A stretch of DNA of 64,000 nucleotides. Origin: Planctomycetota bacterium. Its GTDB lineage: Bacteria; Planctomycetota; UBA1135; UBA2386. The position numbers and the translations under genes are program-made. The first letter of the stretch is position 1, and each line of letters opens with the position of its first letter. Where the stretch lies: positions 229,683-293,682 of the forward strand of contig CANMWZ010000002.1 of the NCBI GenBank assembly GCA_947501605.1, read 5' to 3'. Under the pieces are notes generated by a model, which saw nothing but the letters and a program-made list of their open reading frames with translations, did no database searches and was not told the DNA's origin. Shown one piece after another: positions 29,309 to 39,585 of this stretch.

Positions 29309-30250
29309 GTGAGCGACGACAACGTGTCTTTGACCGGCGAGATGCTCGGCGCCTATCTGCGCCATCTCGAGCACACGCGCCGATCGAGCAAGGCCACGCT
29401 GCGTGCCTACGGTGCCGACCTGCACGCGTTCACCGCATGGCTTTCCACGTCCAACACGGAAGTTACGGCCTGCACGCGCTTCCACCTGCGGCGCTACATG
29501 GTGGAATTGGAGCAGCGGGGACTCGTCGCGACCTCGGTTCAGCGCAAACTCGCGAGTCTCCGCGGCCTGTTCTCATGGCTGCGCGAACACGGCCGCATCG
29601 AGACCGATCCGGCGCGTCTGCTGCGTGGACCAAAGACCCCGCGCCGCGTGCCCCGTTATCTGACGCCAGCCGAGGTCGACCAACTGCTGGCCCAGCCGTT
29701 CGACGACTCGCCGCAGGGACTCCGCGATCGCGCCGTGCTCGAGGTGCTCTATTCCACGGGTTGCCGCGTGAGTGAGTGCCAAGGTCTTGTGCTGTCGCAG
29801 ATCGACCTCGACGAAGGCTTCGCCCGTGTGCTCGGCAAGGGCAGCAAGCAGCGCCTTGCGATGTTGGGCAAGCCAGCGATCGAGGCGATCCGGCGTTGGC
29901 TGCCAGCGCGGCGTGAACTGCTGCACGCCAATGGGCGCACGGACCCAGACGCGCTATTCCTCAACAAGTTGGGCAAGCCACTGAGCGCCAGGTGGTTGTT
30001 CGAAACCGTCGTCGCCCGCGCCAAGAAGGCGGACTTGCCAACGTCACTGACTCCGCACGGCCTGCGACATTCGTTTGCGACCCATCTGCTCGACCGCGGC
30101 GCCGACCTCCGCACCGTGCAAGAACTGCTTGGCCATGCCCGACTCGTGACCACTGAGATCTACACCCACGTTTCCATCGGCCGCCTGCGCGACGTCTATG
30201 ACGGAGCCCATCCGCAGGGACGCACGCGCAACAAGCCAGCAACTCGCTGA
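29309..30250 (+). CDS. xerC: Tyrosine recombinase XerC/XerD type
   Basis: T.RAY..DL, RKLASLR, RDRA.LE.LYSTGCR.SE, GKG.K.R, HGLRHSFATHLL..GADLR.VQELLGH, TT.IYTHV. Confidence 0.88.
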   Translation: MSDDNVSLTGEMLGAYLRHLEHTRRSSKATLRAYGADLHAFTAWLSTSNTEVTACTRFHLRRYMVELEQRGLVATSVQRKLASLRGLFSWLREHGRIETDPARLLRGPKTPRRVPRYLTPAEVDQLLAQPFDDSPQGLRDRAVLEVLYSTGCRVSECQGLVLSQIDLDEGFARVLGKGSKQRLAMLGKPAIEAIRRWLPARRELLHANGRTDPDALFLNKLGKPLSARWLFETVVARAKKADLPTSLTPHGLRHSFATHLLDRGADLRTVQELLGHARLVTTEIYTHVSIGRLRDVYDGAHPQGRTRNKPATR

Positions 30251-30283
30251 TTGGCCACTTGCGGGCAGTCTCGCCGCCTGGGC

Positions 30284-32875
30284 TCAGCCCAGGGCTTCGA
30301 CCGCAGCCTCTTGGCTGCCCGCGGCTGGCTGTGGCGCAAGCTGCGCTGCGGGAGCGTCCAGCAGGAGGAAAGCAAACACTCCCGCGACGCCGCCAGCGAA
30401 GAGCACAATCGAGAAGCCGAGCTCCGCGGCCACCGTCAACCAGAGGAGCGGCGAGACCGCGGCGCTGGCCGACACCACGCACAGCGCCCACGGCAGAAGG
30501 TCTGGGTTGTGGCCCTCCAGCACGCGGATGCCGTGCGGCACAGCCATCCCAAGGCACAGGCCGATCGGCGAGACGACGACCGCGACCGCAATGACCCTGC
30601 CGAGCATGTCGAAGCTCGCGCACAGCTCGACAATCGTCGGACTGCCAAAGGCGGCGACTGCCGAACCGAGGAACAGCACGACGGCCACGAACCGGCCTCG
30701 CTGGGGTTCCCAGTTGAGGAACGAGTGGCTCAGACACGAGCCGACGGCAGCGCTCGCGAGCAGGGTGCCGAGCGTGATCGCCATCGACGCCGACGCGCTG
30801 CCGAGCAGCGGCAACATCTTTTGCAGGAGCCCCATACCGACGGCGACGCCGGCGACGCCCATGAATGCAAAGGTCAGTAGATAGCGCAGCGCACCCTGCC
30901 GCGACGAGCCTACCGCACCGCCGCGCCATGACAGCGGCAGCATTACCGCAAGCAGCGCCAGGCACGAAGCGATGGCCAACGGCAGGAGCCACTGCGCGCG
31001 CATGGCCGGCGTCACGGTCTTCGGCGACTCGAAGGGTCGATCATCGGTTGCCGGCCGCGCCGGCATGCCATGATCCTCGGCGTAGGCCGACTTGTTCTCG
31101 GCGAGCACGAACTCGGCGATCTCGCAGCGCGCCGCCATCGCCGCGCGCGGCGCTTCGGTTCGCGCCCGTTCCGTCCGCAAGCGCGCGATCTCGTCGTCGT
31201 CCGCCCCTGCAGTGCGGATCTCGATCTCCCGATCGAAGTGCTTCAGCATGTCGTCGAGTTCTCGCAACGCCGTGCGCCGTTCGGCGACGTCGTCGCGCAG
31301 ACCAGCATCGGGCATGGAGATGGGGTCGACGCGGCTCGCCGCAGCCATTTCACGCAGCCGCACGGCCGTGGCCGGCGCGAACCCGCCCTTTTGAAACAGC
31401 ACGACCATGACGCCGTCCTCTTCCTGGTGCAGGACAGCCACCGACGACGCCATGTTCCCGCGCTCCTCCTCCGGCAGCGCTGCGTGCAACGCATGCAGAA
31501 GGCGCGTGACTTCCTTGGCCCCGCCCTGGATCGCGAGCTGCGCCACACCGGTATCGGTGAGGTGATCCAGGATCGCACGCCAAGCGTCGACCGTCTGCAT
31601 CTGCAGCGATGCTAGGTCGATCGGTGCATGCTCGTCCCCTGGCAGCGCCATCGGTCCGTTCCAGACGACCACGTCGTAGCGGGCATCGGAACGCAGCAGG
31701 CTGGCGCGCAAGTCGTCACTGACAACCTCGATGCGCGGATCCCCGTGCAGTGGCGAGGCCTCCCCGAGAAGGTCGTCGTAGATCGCCGCAATCGCAGGCG
31801 AAGGCTCCACGACGCGGATGGACGTCGCCCGCATGACGCGAGCGGCCCACAACTCGTCCCCACTCGACAGTCCCAGGAGGCACAGGTGCGCGTCTCGTTC
31901 TGGTGCGAGCCTCATTCCCAACGTGCGCCAGGCGACGTCGAACGGCGCGGTTGCGTCCGTCGAGCCACTGCGATCGAGCAACGCCCCGCCGCGGCGTCCG
32001 GGGCCGGCAATCCACCACTGGCGCGCGCTGGGCAAGGGAGCTGGCAACCGAATCGAGGCCGGATCGATTTCGACACCAGGAGCAGGCATCGGTGCCACCA
32101 CGGCTGCCGACATGGCGGTCACCTCGACGCGACCAGCGCAACTCCAGCGCGAAACCGAATCGAGATCCTCAGCAGCTTCCACCATCCACCCCGAAGGCGC
32201 GACCTGGCGAATGCCCGGTAGCGGGATCTGCGCGTCGAATCCGTCCATCGCGAAGCCAGCCGTGGCTGCGAGCAGCAACAGCAAGGTGCGGCCCACGGCC
32301 GCCATTGGCGCGATGGCCGTCGCGGCGGCAAGAGCGAGCGCACCTGTGGCCAAGAACAACCCACCGGCGCCGGTCTGCCATAGCAGCGTCGGCACCAAGA
32401 AACACGCGACGGCCATACCGGCACGATGCACACCGTGCCGCACCGCCATGAGTTGCGTGTCGGCTTGCATCACCGCGAGCGCGACGCCGAGAAACAGCCC
32501 CGGCAGGGATGCGCAGAAGCAAAGGCCCAGCAACTGAGCCATGGTGCCGACGCCAAAGTTCGTGTCGGGGCGAGCCAGAGGCAAGTAGGTGAAGGCAGCC
32601 CAAGCCAACGGCAGGCTCATCGTGAACAACAAGGCTGCACGCTGCGCCCACGCTTCGGGCAGCAGCCGCCAACTGCGTTCGAAGCTCGCCGCCAAGGAGG
32701 CCCCGAGTGCCCCGCCGACCAGGGCCGACGTCAGCAGCGTGGCGCCAAGCTGCGTACCACCCCATTCATTGCCAACGACGAACAGCAGCGACGCGTAGGC
32801 AAAGCAGGCCGCCGCGAGCAGAACGGTGGCGAGTCCGGAACCGCTCTGGGACCGGGAGATCTGGAGCATCGTCAT
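30284..32875 (-). CDS. Large polytopic membrane protein with degenerate spermidine-synthase/SAM-methyltransferase-like domain
   Basis: N- and C-terminal TM blocks; LLGLSSGDE..VVE..DLR..YDVV..L...G; PATDDRPF; LLQK..LLG, LGM..P.G, PWA. Confidence 0.65.
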   Translation of the reverse strand: MTMLQISRSQSGSGLATVLLAAACFAYASLLFVVGNEWGGTQLGATLLTSALVGGALGASLAASFERSWRLLPEAWAQRAALLFTMSLPLAWAAFTYLPLARPDTNFGVGTMAQLLGLCFCASLPGLFLGVALAVMQADTQLMAVRHGVHRAGMAVACFLVPTLLWQTGAGGLFLATGALALAAATAIAPMAAVGRTLLLLLAATAGFAMDGFDAQIPLPGIRQVAPSGWMVEAAEDLDSVSRWSCAGRVEVTAMSAAVVAPMPAPGVEIDPASIRLPAPLPSARQWWIAGPGRRGGALLDRSGSTDATAPFDVAWRTLGMRLAPERDAHLCLLGLSSGDELWAARVMRATSIRVVEPSPAIAAIYDDLLGEASPLHGDPRIEVVSDDLRASLLRSDARYDVVVWNGPMALPGDEHAPIDLASLQMQTVDAWRAILDHLTDTGVAQLAIQGGAKEVTRLLHALHAALPEEERGNMASSVAVLHQEEDGVMVVLFQKGGFAPATAVRLREMAAASRVDPISMPDAGLRDDVAERRTALRELDDMLKHFDREIEIRTAGADDDEIARLRTERARTEAPRAAMAARCEIAEFVLAENKSAYAEDHGMPARPATDDRPFESPKTVTPAMRAQWLLPLAIASCLALLAVMLPLSWRGGAVGSSRQGALRYLLTFAFMGVAGVAVGMGLLQKMLPLLGSASASMAITLGTLLASAAVGSCLSHSFLNWEPQRGRFVAVVLFLGSAVAAFGSPTIVELCASFDMLGRVIAVAVVVSPIGLCLGMAVPHGIRVLEGHNPDLLPWALCVVSASAAVSPLLWLTVAAELGFSIVLFAGGVAGVFAFLLLDAPAAQLAPQPAAGSQEAAVEALG

Positions 32876-33086
32876 GATCACCCGCTGATTCGACGATCCG
32901 GGCGCAGGCACTGAACCTCGGCGGGAGCAATCCCTGCGCCCGCCCGCATCTGCTGTCGCAGGAATCGACAGTGGTGCAACGCACAACAGTCAACGGCTGC
33001 GCCATACGGGCAGCCCTCGAGTCCATACCCCCGGGTCCGCGCCAGAGCTACGGCTCGGCACCAGCGGCGGCTCTGTCAGTGGGCAG

Positions 33087-33587
33087 TTACCCGCCCTTGA
33101 CCACGGCAGCGACCACCGCGCGGGAGACTTCGCTGAGCGCCTGCGCCATCGCCACCGCCAACTGCTCGGGCGCGCGCGAAATCGCATCGCACCGGACGCG
33201 CACCGGAACCGTTCGCCCTTCGCTGGCGCACAGGAGTTCGACCACCGCACGGGTCGTGTCCCCCACCTCGAACTCGAAGCGCACGACCTCGATCGATAGA
33301 TCCGCCGGCAGCGCCACCGTGTTGTCGAGCGCCGCCGCTACCAACTGCTCCGGTGGCGCCACCCAACGCAGCGAGTCGTCGATCGACAGCTCATAGGGCG
33401 GGATGCGAACGACGAAGTCTTGACGCAAGAAGGCGGCGCTGGTGACCCGAACGGGCCGCCGCGCATCGAGGGCCACCCGCGGCGGCGTGGGGTCGAACCA
33501 ACGCACCGGTGGAGCCGGCGGGTTGCTGCTGATGCAGCTGACGAGCAGGAATCCCAGCAGCGGGAACACGGCGGAGGGGCTCGTCAC
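33087..33587 (-). CDS. ABC transport auxiliary lipoprotein (PqiC-like)
   Basis: LVSC lipobox; RW..PP..L; last gene of the MCE operon. Confidence 0.7.
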   Translation of the reverse strand: MTSPSAVFPLLGFLLVSCISSNPPAPPVRWFDPTPPRVALDARRPVRVTSAAFLRQDFVVRIPPYELSIDDSLRWVAPPEQLVAAALDNTVALPADLSIEVVRFEFEVGDTTRAVVELLCASEGRTVPVRVRCDAISRAPEQLAVAMAQALSEVSRAVVAAVVKGG

Positions 33588-33591
33588 GGGT

Positions 33592-34605
33592 TCATTCCTT
33601 GCGGAGCAGCGTCGACGTTGGTGCCCGTCCGCGCAACAGCGCCGAAGGGTCGCGTTCGAGCAACGACGTCAGTCGCTCGATCGAGCTAAGGGCGGCGCGA
33701 ACGTGCATGAGATCCTGCTGCAGATCGCGCGACAGCGCCGCGAACTCGACCCCGGCCAGGGCCGCACCGTCGCCGGCAGCGCGCAGGCTCTGCGACGTCG
33801 CGGCGATGTCGGCCTGCTCGATGGCTCGACGGAGATCGCTGCTGAGCGACTTCAGTTCGGCCAGCGTCGCGTTGACAGGACCATCGGGTTGCCGCCAGCC
33901 GCGCATCAGGTCTTCGACTTCGCGAAACGCGCTCGTCGCTGACTGCAGCACCGGCATTTGATCCAGGTCCTTCACTCTCTCCTCCACCGTGCGCAGCGCC
34001 GCGTCGGCACGCACGCTGAGCGCCGGCAGGTCGGCAGCCTTCAGGTCGGTGCGAAGCGCATCGAGCAGTTGGCGAGCGGCCCCAGTGACCTCGGGCAGCT
34101 CACGCAAGAAGTCACGCAAACCCTCCTCGAGGCTGCGAAACGTCGACCGGATCGTCGGGATCGTGTTTATCGGCGGCTCGAACGGGAGGGCCTTCTGCGA
34201 CTCGACCCCGCCCTCATAGAAGTCGACCAGCACGAAGGAAGTCTGGGTGAGGTACTGCGTGACGAGTTGCGCGCGCAAGTCCTTGGGGAACTCGCAATCG
34301 GGTCCCAACTGCGCCGGATCGAGGCCGAGCTTCACGAGTTTGTCGTCGTAGAGGGAGGCGAGCACTTGCAGGTGCTTCTTGTCCGGGGCCAAGGTGATGT
34401 CATCGACGACACCAATCGGCACGCCGCGGAAGCGCACCGACGAACCGGATTCGAGGCCGACCAGAGGCTCATCGAAGAACGCGTAGGCCGCGTGGCACGG
34501 GCGCTTGAGTTGCGCCATGCCTGCGAACGTGAGTCCGCCCAGCAAAACGACGACGCCGGCGACGACGAACAACCCGAGCTTCCAACGATCGACGACGGCG
34601 GTCAC
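33592..34605 (-). CDS. mlaD: MlaD/MCE-domain protein
   Basis: KLGLFV, GL..GS.VRFRGVPIG.V..I, long helical tail, LERDPSALLRG. Confidence 0.88.
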   Translation of the reverse strand: MTAVVDRWKLGLFVVAGVVVLLGGLTFAGMAQLKRPCHAAYAFFDEPLVGLESGSSVRFRGVPIGVVDDITLAPDKKHLQVLASLYDDKLVKLGLDPAQLGPDCEFPKDLRAQLVTQYLTQTSFVLVDFYEGGVESQKALPFEPPINTIPTIRSTFRSLEEGLRDFLRELPEVTGAARQLLDALRTDLKAADLPALSVRADAALRTVEERVKDLDQMPVLQSATSAFREVEDLMRGWRQPDGPVNATLAELKSLSSDLRRAIEQADIAATSQSLRAAGDGAALAGVEFAALSRDLQQDLMHVRAALSSIERLTSLLERDPSALLRGRAPTSTLLRKE

Positions 34606-35345
34606 GTTGCACCTCCCGGTGCGCGGCGCAGAAAGAAGGCTTGGACGCGCGCATCGCTACTGCGATCGCGGAGGTCGCGCGGACTGCCGCGCGCGATGAT
34701 GCCCTTGGCGTCGCGATCCAACATGATGCAGGTATCGGCCACTCGGTAGATGCTCGCCAGTTCGTGCGTGACCAACACGGTCGTTACACCAAGGCTCTGG
34801 CGCAAGGTCAAGATCAGTTCGTCGAGCCCCGCGGCAGTCACCGGATCCAGACCCGCCGACGGCTCGTCCAAGAACAGCAACTGCGGATCGAGGGCCAGCG
34901 CGCGCGCGATGCCGGCGCGCTTCTTCATCCCGCCCGAGACCTCGCTCGGCAGGTGCCGTTCGAAGCCACCAAGACCGACGATACGCAGCCGACTGTGCGC
35001 CACCGCTTCGACGGCATCTTCGGGCAAGCGGGTCCACTTGCGCAGGGGCAGCGCCACGTTGTCCAGCAAGGTCAGCGACCCGAATAGCGCCGACGATTGG
35101 AACAGCACGCCAAATGCCGGCGGCTCGAGCGCCTGCGCTGGCGCGCCGTAGCCAAACAAGTGGACCTTGCCACGCAGCGGCTGCAGCAAGCCCACCAGCG
35201 CGCGCAGCAGCGTCGACTTGCCGCAGCCCGAGCCACCGAGGATCGCAAACACCTCGCCGCGGCGCACATCGAAAGCGAGGTCTTCGAGCAGCGGTTCGCT
35301 GCTGTAGCCGAGTGCGAGATCACGAACGGTTAGAACGCGCCGCAT
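34602..35345 (-). CDS. mlaF: ABC transporter ATP-binding protein (MlaF-like)
   Basis: GGSGCGKS, VSGGMKKR, LFLDEPSAGLDP, VTHEL. Confidence 0.9.
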   Translation of the reverse strand: MRRVLTVRDLALGYSSEPLLEDLAFDVRRGEVFAILGGSGCGKSTLLRALVGLLQPLRGKVHLFGYGAPAQALEPPAFGVLFQSSALFGSLTLLDNVALPLRKWTRLPEDAVEAVAHSRLRIVGLGGFERHLPSEVSGGMKKRAGIARALALDPQLLFLDEPSAGLDPVTAAGLDELILTLRQSLGVTTVLVTHELASIYRVADTCIMLDRDAKGIIARGSPRDLRDRSSDARVQAFFLRRAPGGAT

Positions 35346-36469
35346 CACCAACCCAACAGTCGGAAGATCATGGTGAAGACCGCGTCGAGCGCAACCAGAC
35401 CAAACAGCACGACCACCACGGCCGAAGTGGTCGACGCACCGACGCCTTGCGCACCGCCGCGCGTCTGCAGCCCGCGCTGGCAGGCGACCAGACCGATCAG
35501 AGCCGCGAAGAACGCACTCTTGATCAACCCGGTGCCGACGTCGCTCAGCGTCATCGCATCGCGAAGCTGGTTGAGATACGCCGTGGGTGGAATGCCGAGT
35601 TCCACCATGCCGATGAACATGCCGCCAAGACAGCCGACCAAATCCGCGAACGCGGTCAACAGCGGCACGGTGACCGCCAGCGCCAGCACCCGCGGAAACA
35701 CCAGGAACCGCTGAGGATCCTGTCCCAGCGTGCGCAGCGCATCGACCTCCTCACCCACTTGCATCGTGCCGAGTTCGGCCGCGTAGGCCGCACCCGACCG
35801 ACCGGCGACGACGATCGCGGTCATCAGCGGGCCGAGCTCACGAACCACCGACAACCCGACGAGGTTGGCCAAGAACGCATCGGCACCGAATCGATGCAAT
35901 TGTACGGCACCCTGCAAACCAAGGATGGTGCCGATCAGAAAGTGAATCACCGCCGTGATGGGCAGACCGTTGGCGCCGGCGCGCTCCATCAGCATCGTCA
36001 GTTCGCTGAGGTGCACCGTCCGCGGGCGCCGCACGGCCGCAACGATGCCGACCACGAGTTCGCCGATGAAGTCGAGGATGTCCCGCACCTGCCGCAGCAG
36101 GTCGTGGCAACCATCGCCAATCTGTGCCAGCAGCGACTTGCGCTGCGGCGCGCCGCGAAGGCACTCCACGCCGGGACAATCGTAGAGCCGCAGCACGCGC
36201 GCGATCTCGCCGGTGGCGCCGACGATGGCGATGGTGCGGCCCCTCTGGCGCGCCTGTGCGCTCGCGGCCAGGAGCAACGCCGCGCCACCACCATCGAGCA
36301 CGGTGACGCCCGTGAGATCGATCTCGGTCGGCTCCAACGCATCCTGCAGAATTGCGCGCAAGTCGTGCCACAGCGAGGCCCCGTCTTGCAACGTCACGCG
36401 GCCACGAAGCTGCGCCCGACGACGGCCATCGTGTTGTTGAAGCTCGATCGTGAACGCCGGTTCGGTCAC
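35345..36469 (-). CDS. mlaE: MlaE-family permease with N-terminal STAS domain
   Basis: IDL.GV..LDGGG; RELGPLMTAIVVAGRSGAAYAAELGTM...EEVDAL, PRVLA, GVG.STT.AVV. Confidence 0.9.
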   Translation of the reverse strand: MTEPAFTIELQQHDGRRRAQLRGRVTLQDGASLWHDLRAILQDALEPTEIDLTGVTVLDGGGAALLLAASAQARQRGRTIAIVGATGEIARVLRLYDCPGVECLRGAPQRKSLLAQIGDGCHDLLRQVRDILDFIGELVVGIVAAVRRPRTVHLSELTMLMERAGANGLPITAVIHFLIGTILGLQGAVQLHRFGADAFLANLVGLSVVRELGPLMTAIVVAGRSGAAYAAELGTMQVGEEVDALRTLGQDPQRFLVFPRVLALAVTVPLLTAFADLVGCLGGMFIGMVELGIPPTAYLNQLRDAMTLSDVGTGLIKSAFFAALIGLVACQRGLQTRGGAQGVGASTTSAVVVVLFGLVALDAVFTMIFRLLGW

Positions 36470-36600
36470 AGGGCGGCGCATGCTAGGAGCGACGGACGCT
36501 GCGCAGAAGACCGAGGTACGATCGCCGAGCGAATGCACGATCGCAGCGGCAGGCGCGATAGCCCGCACGGCCGAGCGCTCGGCGTCGGGACGGCCGCGCG

Positions 36601-37509
36601 TCAGACCGGCTCGAGCCAGCCGTGTCGATCCGTCGTGCGGCCATCGAACAGACCGTAGAACGCCTGCTGGAGGCGCTTGGTGATCGGTCCGACTTTGCCA
36701 TCTCCGACCTGGATGCGATCGACGGACTTGACCCCGGTGATCTCGGCTGCAGTTCCAGTCAGGAACACTTCATCAGCCAGGTGCAGCAGCTCACGCGGCA
36801 GGCGCCCCTCGCGCACTTCCAGGCCGAGGTCTTGAGCCAATTGAATCATCGAGTCGCGCGTGATGCCCAGCAGGATCGAGCTGCCGGCGTCAGGCGTGTG
36901 GATCACACCGTTGCGGACCAGAAACAGATTGGCCCCCGACGCCTCCGACAGCCCGCCATCCGTGGACAAGGCGATGCCGTCGACATAGCCATCGCGCTTG
37001 GCTTCGAGCCGAATCAACTGGCTCGAGAGATAGTTGCCGCCGGCCTTGGCCAGCGCCGGCAACGTCCCCATGGTCACGCGGCGCCAGCTCGAGACCTTCA
37101 CGTCGATGGCGGTCTCTGGCGCCGCGAGATAATGACCCCATTCCCAGGCGATCACGACGGTCTCGACCGGCGAGCTGGTCGGATCGAGCGTCAACGGCCC
37201 CGCGCCGCGATACACCAGGGGCCGAACGTAGGCGTGCGGCAAGCGGTTTTCGCGAACCACGTCCTTGCACGCCTTGATCAGCGCCGCGAGGTCGTGCGGC
37301 AGTGGCATCGAGTAGGTCCGCGCCGAGTCGATCAACCGAACGAGGTGGTCGCGCAGACGGAAGAACTGGACGCCGGAGTTGGTCGCGTAGGCCCGGATGC
37401 CCTCGAACACCGAACTCCCGTAGTGGAGCGCATGCGCCGACACATGGGTCGTGGCGTCGTTCCAATTGACGAGTGCGCCGTCGCGCCAGATCCATTGCGT
37501 AGGTTTCAT
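36601..37509 (-). CDS. ilvE: Branched-chain amino acid aminotransferase
   Basis: HALHYGSSVFEGIRAY, AKAGGNYLSS, E.SGANLF, LLGITR, EVFLTGTAAE. Confidence 0.95.
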   Translation of the reverse strand: MKPTQWIWRDGALVNWNDATTHVSAHALHYGSSVFEGIRAYATNSGVQFFRLRDHLVRLIDSARTYSMPLPHDLAALIKACKDVVRENRLPHAYVRPLVYRGAGPLTLDPTSSPVETVVIAWEWGHYLAAPETAIDVKVSSWRRVTMGTLPALAKAGGNYLSSQLIRLEAKRDGYVDGIALSTDGGLSEASGANLFLVRNGVIHTPDAGSSILLGITRDSMIQLAQDLGLEVREGRLPRELLHLADEVFLTGTAAEITGVKSVDRIQVGDGKVGPITKRLQQAFYGLFDGRTTDRHGWLEPV

Positions 37510-37528
37510 CGCGCCGCGTTTCCCAAGC

Positions 37529-39223
37529 TCACAGCATCCCGATCACGTTGCCGTTCTTGTCGATGTCGATGCCCTGACCGCCGGGCGACTTGCCGAGCCC
37601 TGGCATGGTCATGATCTCGCCAGCGAGCGGATAGACGAAGCCAGCACCGACCGCGACCCGCGCATCGCGCACCACGAAGCGGTAGCCGGTAGGCCGACCC
37701 TTCTTGCTGGCATCGTGCGACAGCGAGTACTGCGTCTTCGCCATGCAGATCGGGAACTTGCCGTAACCGCGCTCTTCGAACTGGGCGAGCGCTTTCTCCG
37801 CCGCGGGCTCGTAGTCGACGCCGTCGGCGCCGTAGATCTTGGTCGCCAGGGCTTCGATCTTCTGCTTCAGCGTGTGTTCGCTGGGATAGAGCAGGCGGAA
37901 CGATGTCGGCTCCTCGCAGGCCTTCACCAACGCGTGCGCGAGATCCTCGCCACCCTTGCCACCGTCATTGAACATCGTCGAGACGTGCGCGGCAGAGGCA
38001 CCGGCGGCCAAGGCGGCCTGCTGCACCGCCGCGATCTCCGACTCCGTGTCGGTGGGGAAGCGGTTGATGGCGACAACAACCGGGATCCCGAACAGGCGGA
38101 CGTTCTCGATCTGCTTCTCGAGGTTGCCCATGCCCTCGGCGAGCGCTTCGAGATCTTCCTGCTGCAGACCTTCGGGCAACGGCTTGCCGGCTTTGATCTC
38201 GAACCGGCCGCTGTGCATCTTCAGCGCGCGCACCGTCGCGACCAGAAGCGCCGCATCGGGCTGCAGGCCCGAGGCCCGGCACTTGATGTCGAAGAACTTC
38301 TCAGCGCCCATGTCGGCGCCGAAGCCGGCCTCGGTCACGACGTAGTCGAGCAGGCGCAGTGCAATTCGGTCGGCGACGATCGACGAATTGCCGTGCGCGA
38401 TGTTGGCGAACGGGCCGGTGTGCACCAGTGCCGGCGTACCCTCGAGCGTCTGCATGAGCGTCGGCTTGAGCGCGTCCTTGAGGATGGCGGTCATCGCGCC
38501 CGCGACCTTGAGGTCCTCGGCCGTGACGGGTGCCCCGTGTGGCGTGTAGCCAACGACGATCGCGCCGAGTCGCTGGCGAAGATCGTGGATGTCCTTCGAC
38601 AAGCCGAGGATCGCCATGATCTCGCTGGCCGACGTGATGTCGAAGCCCGTGTGGCGGGGCGTGCCGTTCTTCTCGCCGCGGGCAACCTCGACGTCGCGCA
38701 AGGCCCGGTCATTCATATCGATCACTCGGCGCCACGTGATCTGCTCGGGATCGAGCTGCAACTCATTACCGTGGAACAGATGCGCGTCGAGGAATGCAGC
38801 GCACAGATTGTGCGCCGCCGTCACGGCGTGAAAGTCCCCGGTCAGGTGGAGGTTGAGCTCCTCTGGTGGCACGACCTGCGACCACCCACCACCGGCGGCG
38901 CCGCCCTTGATCCCGAACACCGGGCCCATCGACGGTTGGCGAATGACGCAGCAGGTGCGCTTACCGATCCGATTCAGGGCCTGCGAGATGCCGACCGTGT
39001 GCACGGTCTTGCCCTCGCCGAGCGGCGTCGGCGTGATCGCCGTCACCACGATGTACTTGCCGCGCTTTCGCGCCGGCTCCTGATTGAGGATGTCCAACTT
39101 CACCTTCGCCTTGGTGTGTCCGTACGGCTCGAGGTCGTCCGGGCCGAGCCCCATGATGCGGGCCACTTCGGACAGCGGGCGGAGCGGGACGGAACGGGCG
39201 ATCTCGAGATCGTTCTTGGACAT
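37529..39223 (-). CDS. fhs: Formate--tetrahydrofolate ligase
   Basis: TPTPLGEGKT, IKGGAAGGG, NLHLTGD, GPFANIAHG, TEAGFGADMG.EKF, CMAKTQYS, MTMPGL. Confidence 0.97.
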   Translation of the reverse strand: MSKNDLEIARSVPLRPLSEVARIMGLGPDDLEPYGHTKAKVKLDILNQEPARKRGKYIVVTAITPTPLGEGKTVHTVGISQALNRIGKRTCCVIRQPSMGPVFGIKGGAAGGGWSQVVPPEELNLHLTGDFHAVTAAHNLCAAFLDAHLFHGNELQLDPEQITWRRVIDMNDRALRDVEVARGEKNGTPRHTGFDITSASEIMAILGLSKDIHDLRQRLGAIVVGYTPHGAPVTAEDLKVAGAMTAILKDALKPTLMQTLEGTPALVHTGPFANIAHGNSSIVADRIALRLLDYVVTEAGFGADMGAEKFFDIKCRASGLQPDAALLVATVRALKMHSGRFEIKAGKPLPEGLQQEDLEALAEGMGNLEKQIENVRLFGIPVVVAINRFPTDTESEIAAVQQAALAAGASAAHVSTMFNDGGKGGEDLAHALVKACEEPTSFRLLYPSEHTLKQKIEALATKIYGADGVDYEPAAEKALAQFEERGYGKFPICMAKTQYSLSHDASKKGRPTGYRFVVRDARVAVGAGFVYPLAGEIMTMPGLGKSPGGQGIDIDKNGNVIGML

Positions 39224-39585
39224 CGGCGAAGAGACTGTTGAGAACCGGAGCGCGACGACGATAGCGATGCCGAACGCGCACCGCCACCGCAGCGACACCT
39301 TGCTGTCGCGGACCGCGGCTCCGCGGCGGCGCCCGTCGCCGACGATCGGCCTGTCGGCGAACGCCGGAGCAGCGACCGCAGCACGGCCGCCACCACACGA
39401 CCAGGACAACCGAAATGGGTTCTGAATTGGCCGGCGCGCGAAGCCAAGCAACGAAGGTCGAGGGCAACGAGCGGACGCGTAGCGGAATCCGTAGATTCCG
39501 CGGACGGTTCGCCACGCCGCCATCGAGCCTGAGCGGCTGGCGGCAGCCGCTGGCGCTTTGTGAAACCACTGTTCCCTAGGAGCCC

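Noticed and set aside
29309..30250. Tyrosine recombinase as phage or island integrase
   Set aside because: Size and motifs are XerC/D-like; housekeeping flanks; no att repeats or phage genes seen
39400..39560. ZTP (pfl) or THF riboswitch upstream of fhs
   Set aside because: Only a TGGCGAA fragment resembles ZTP; the GGGGAG and CGCCTGGG elements are missing
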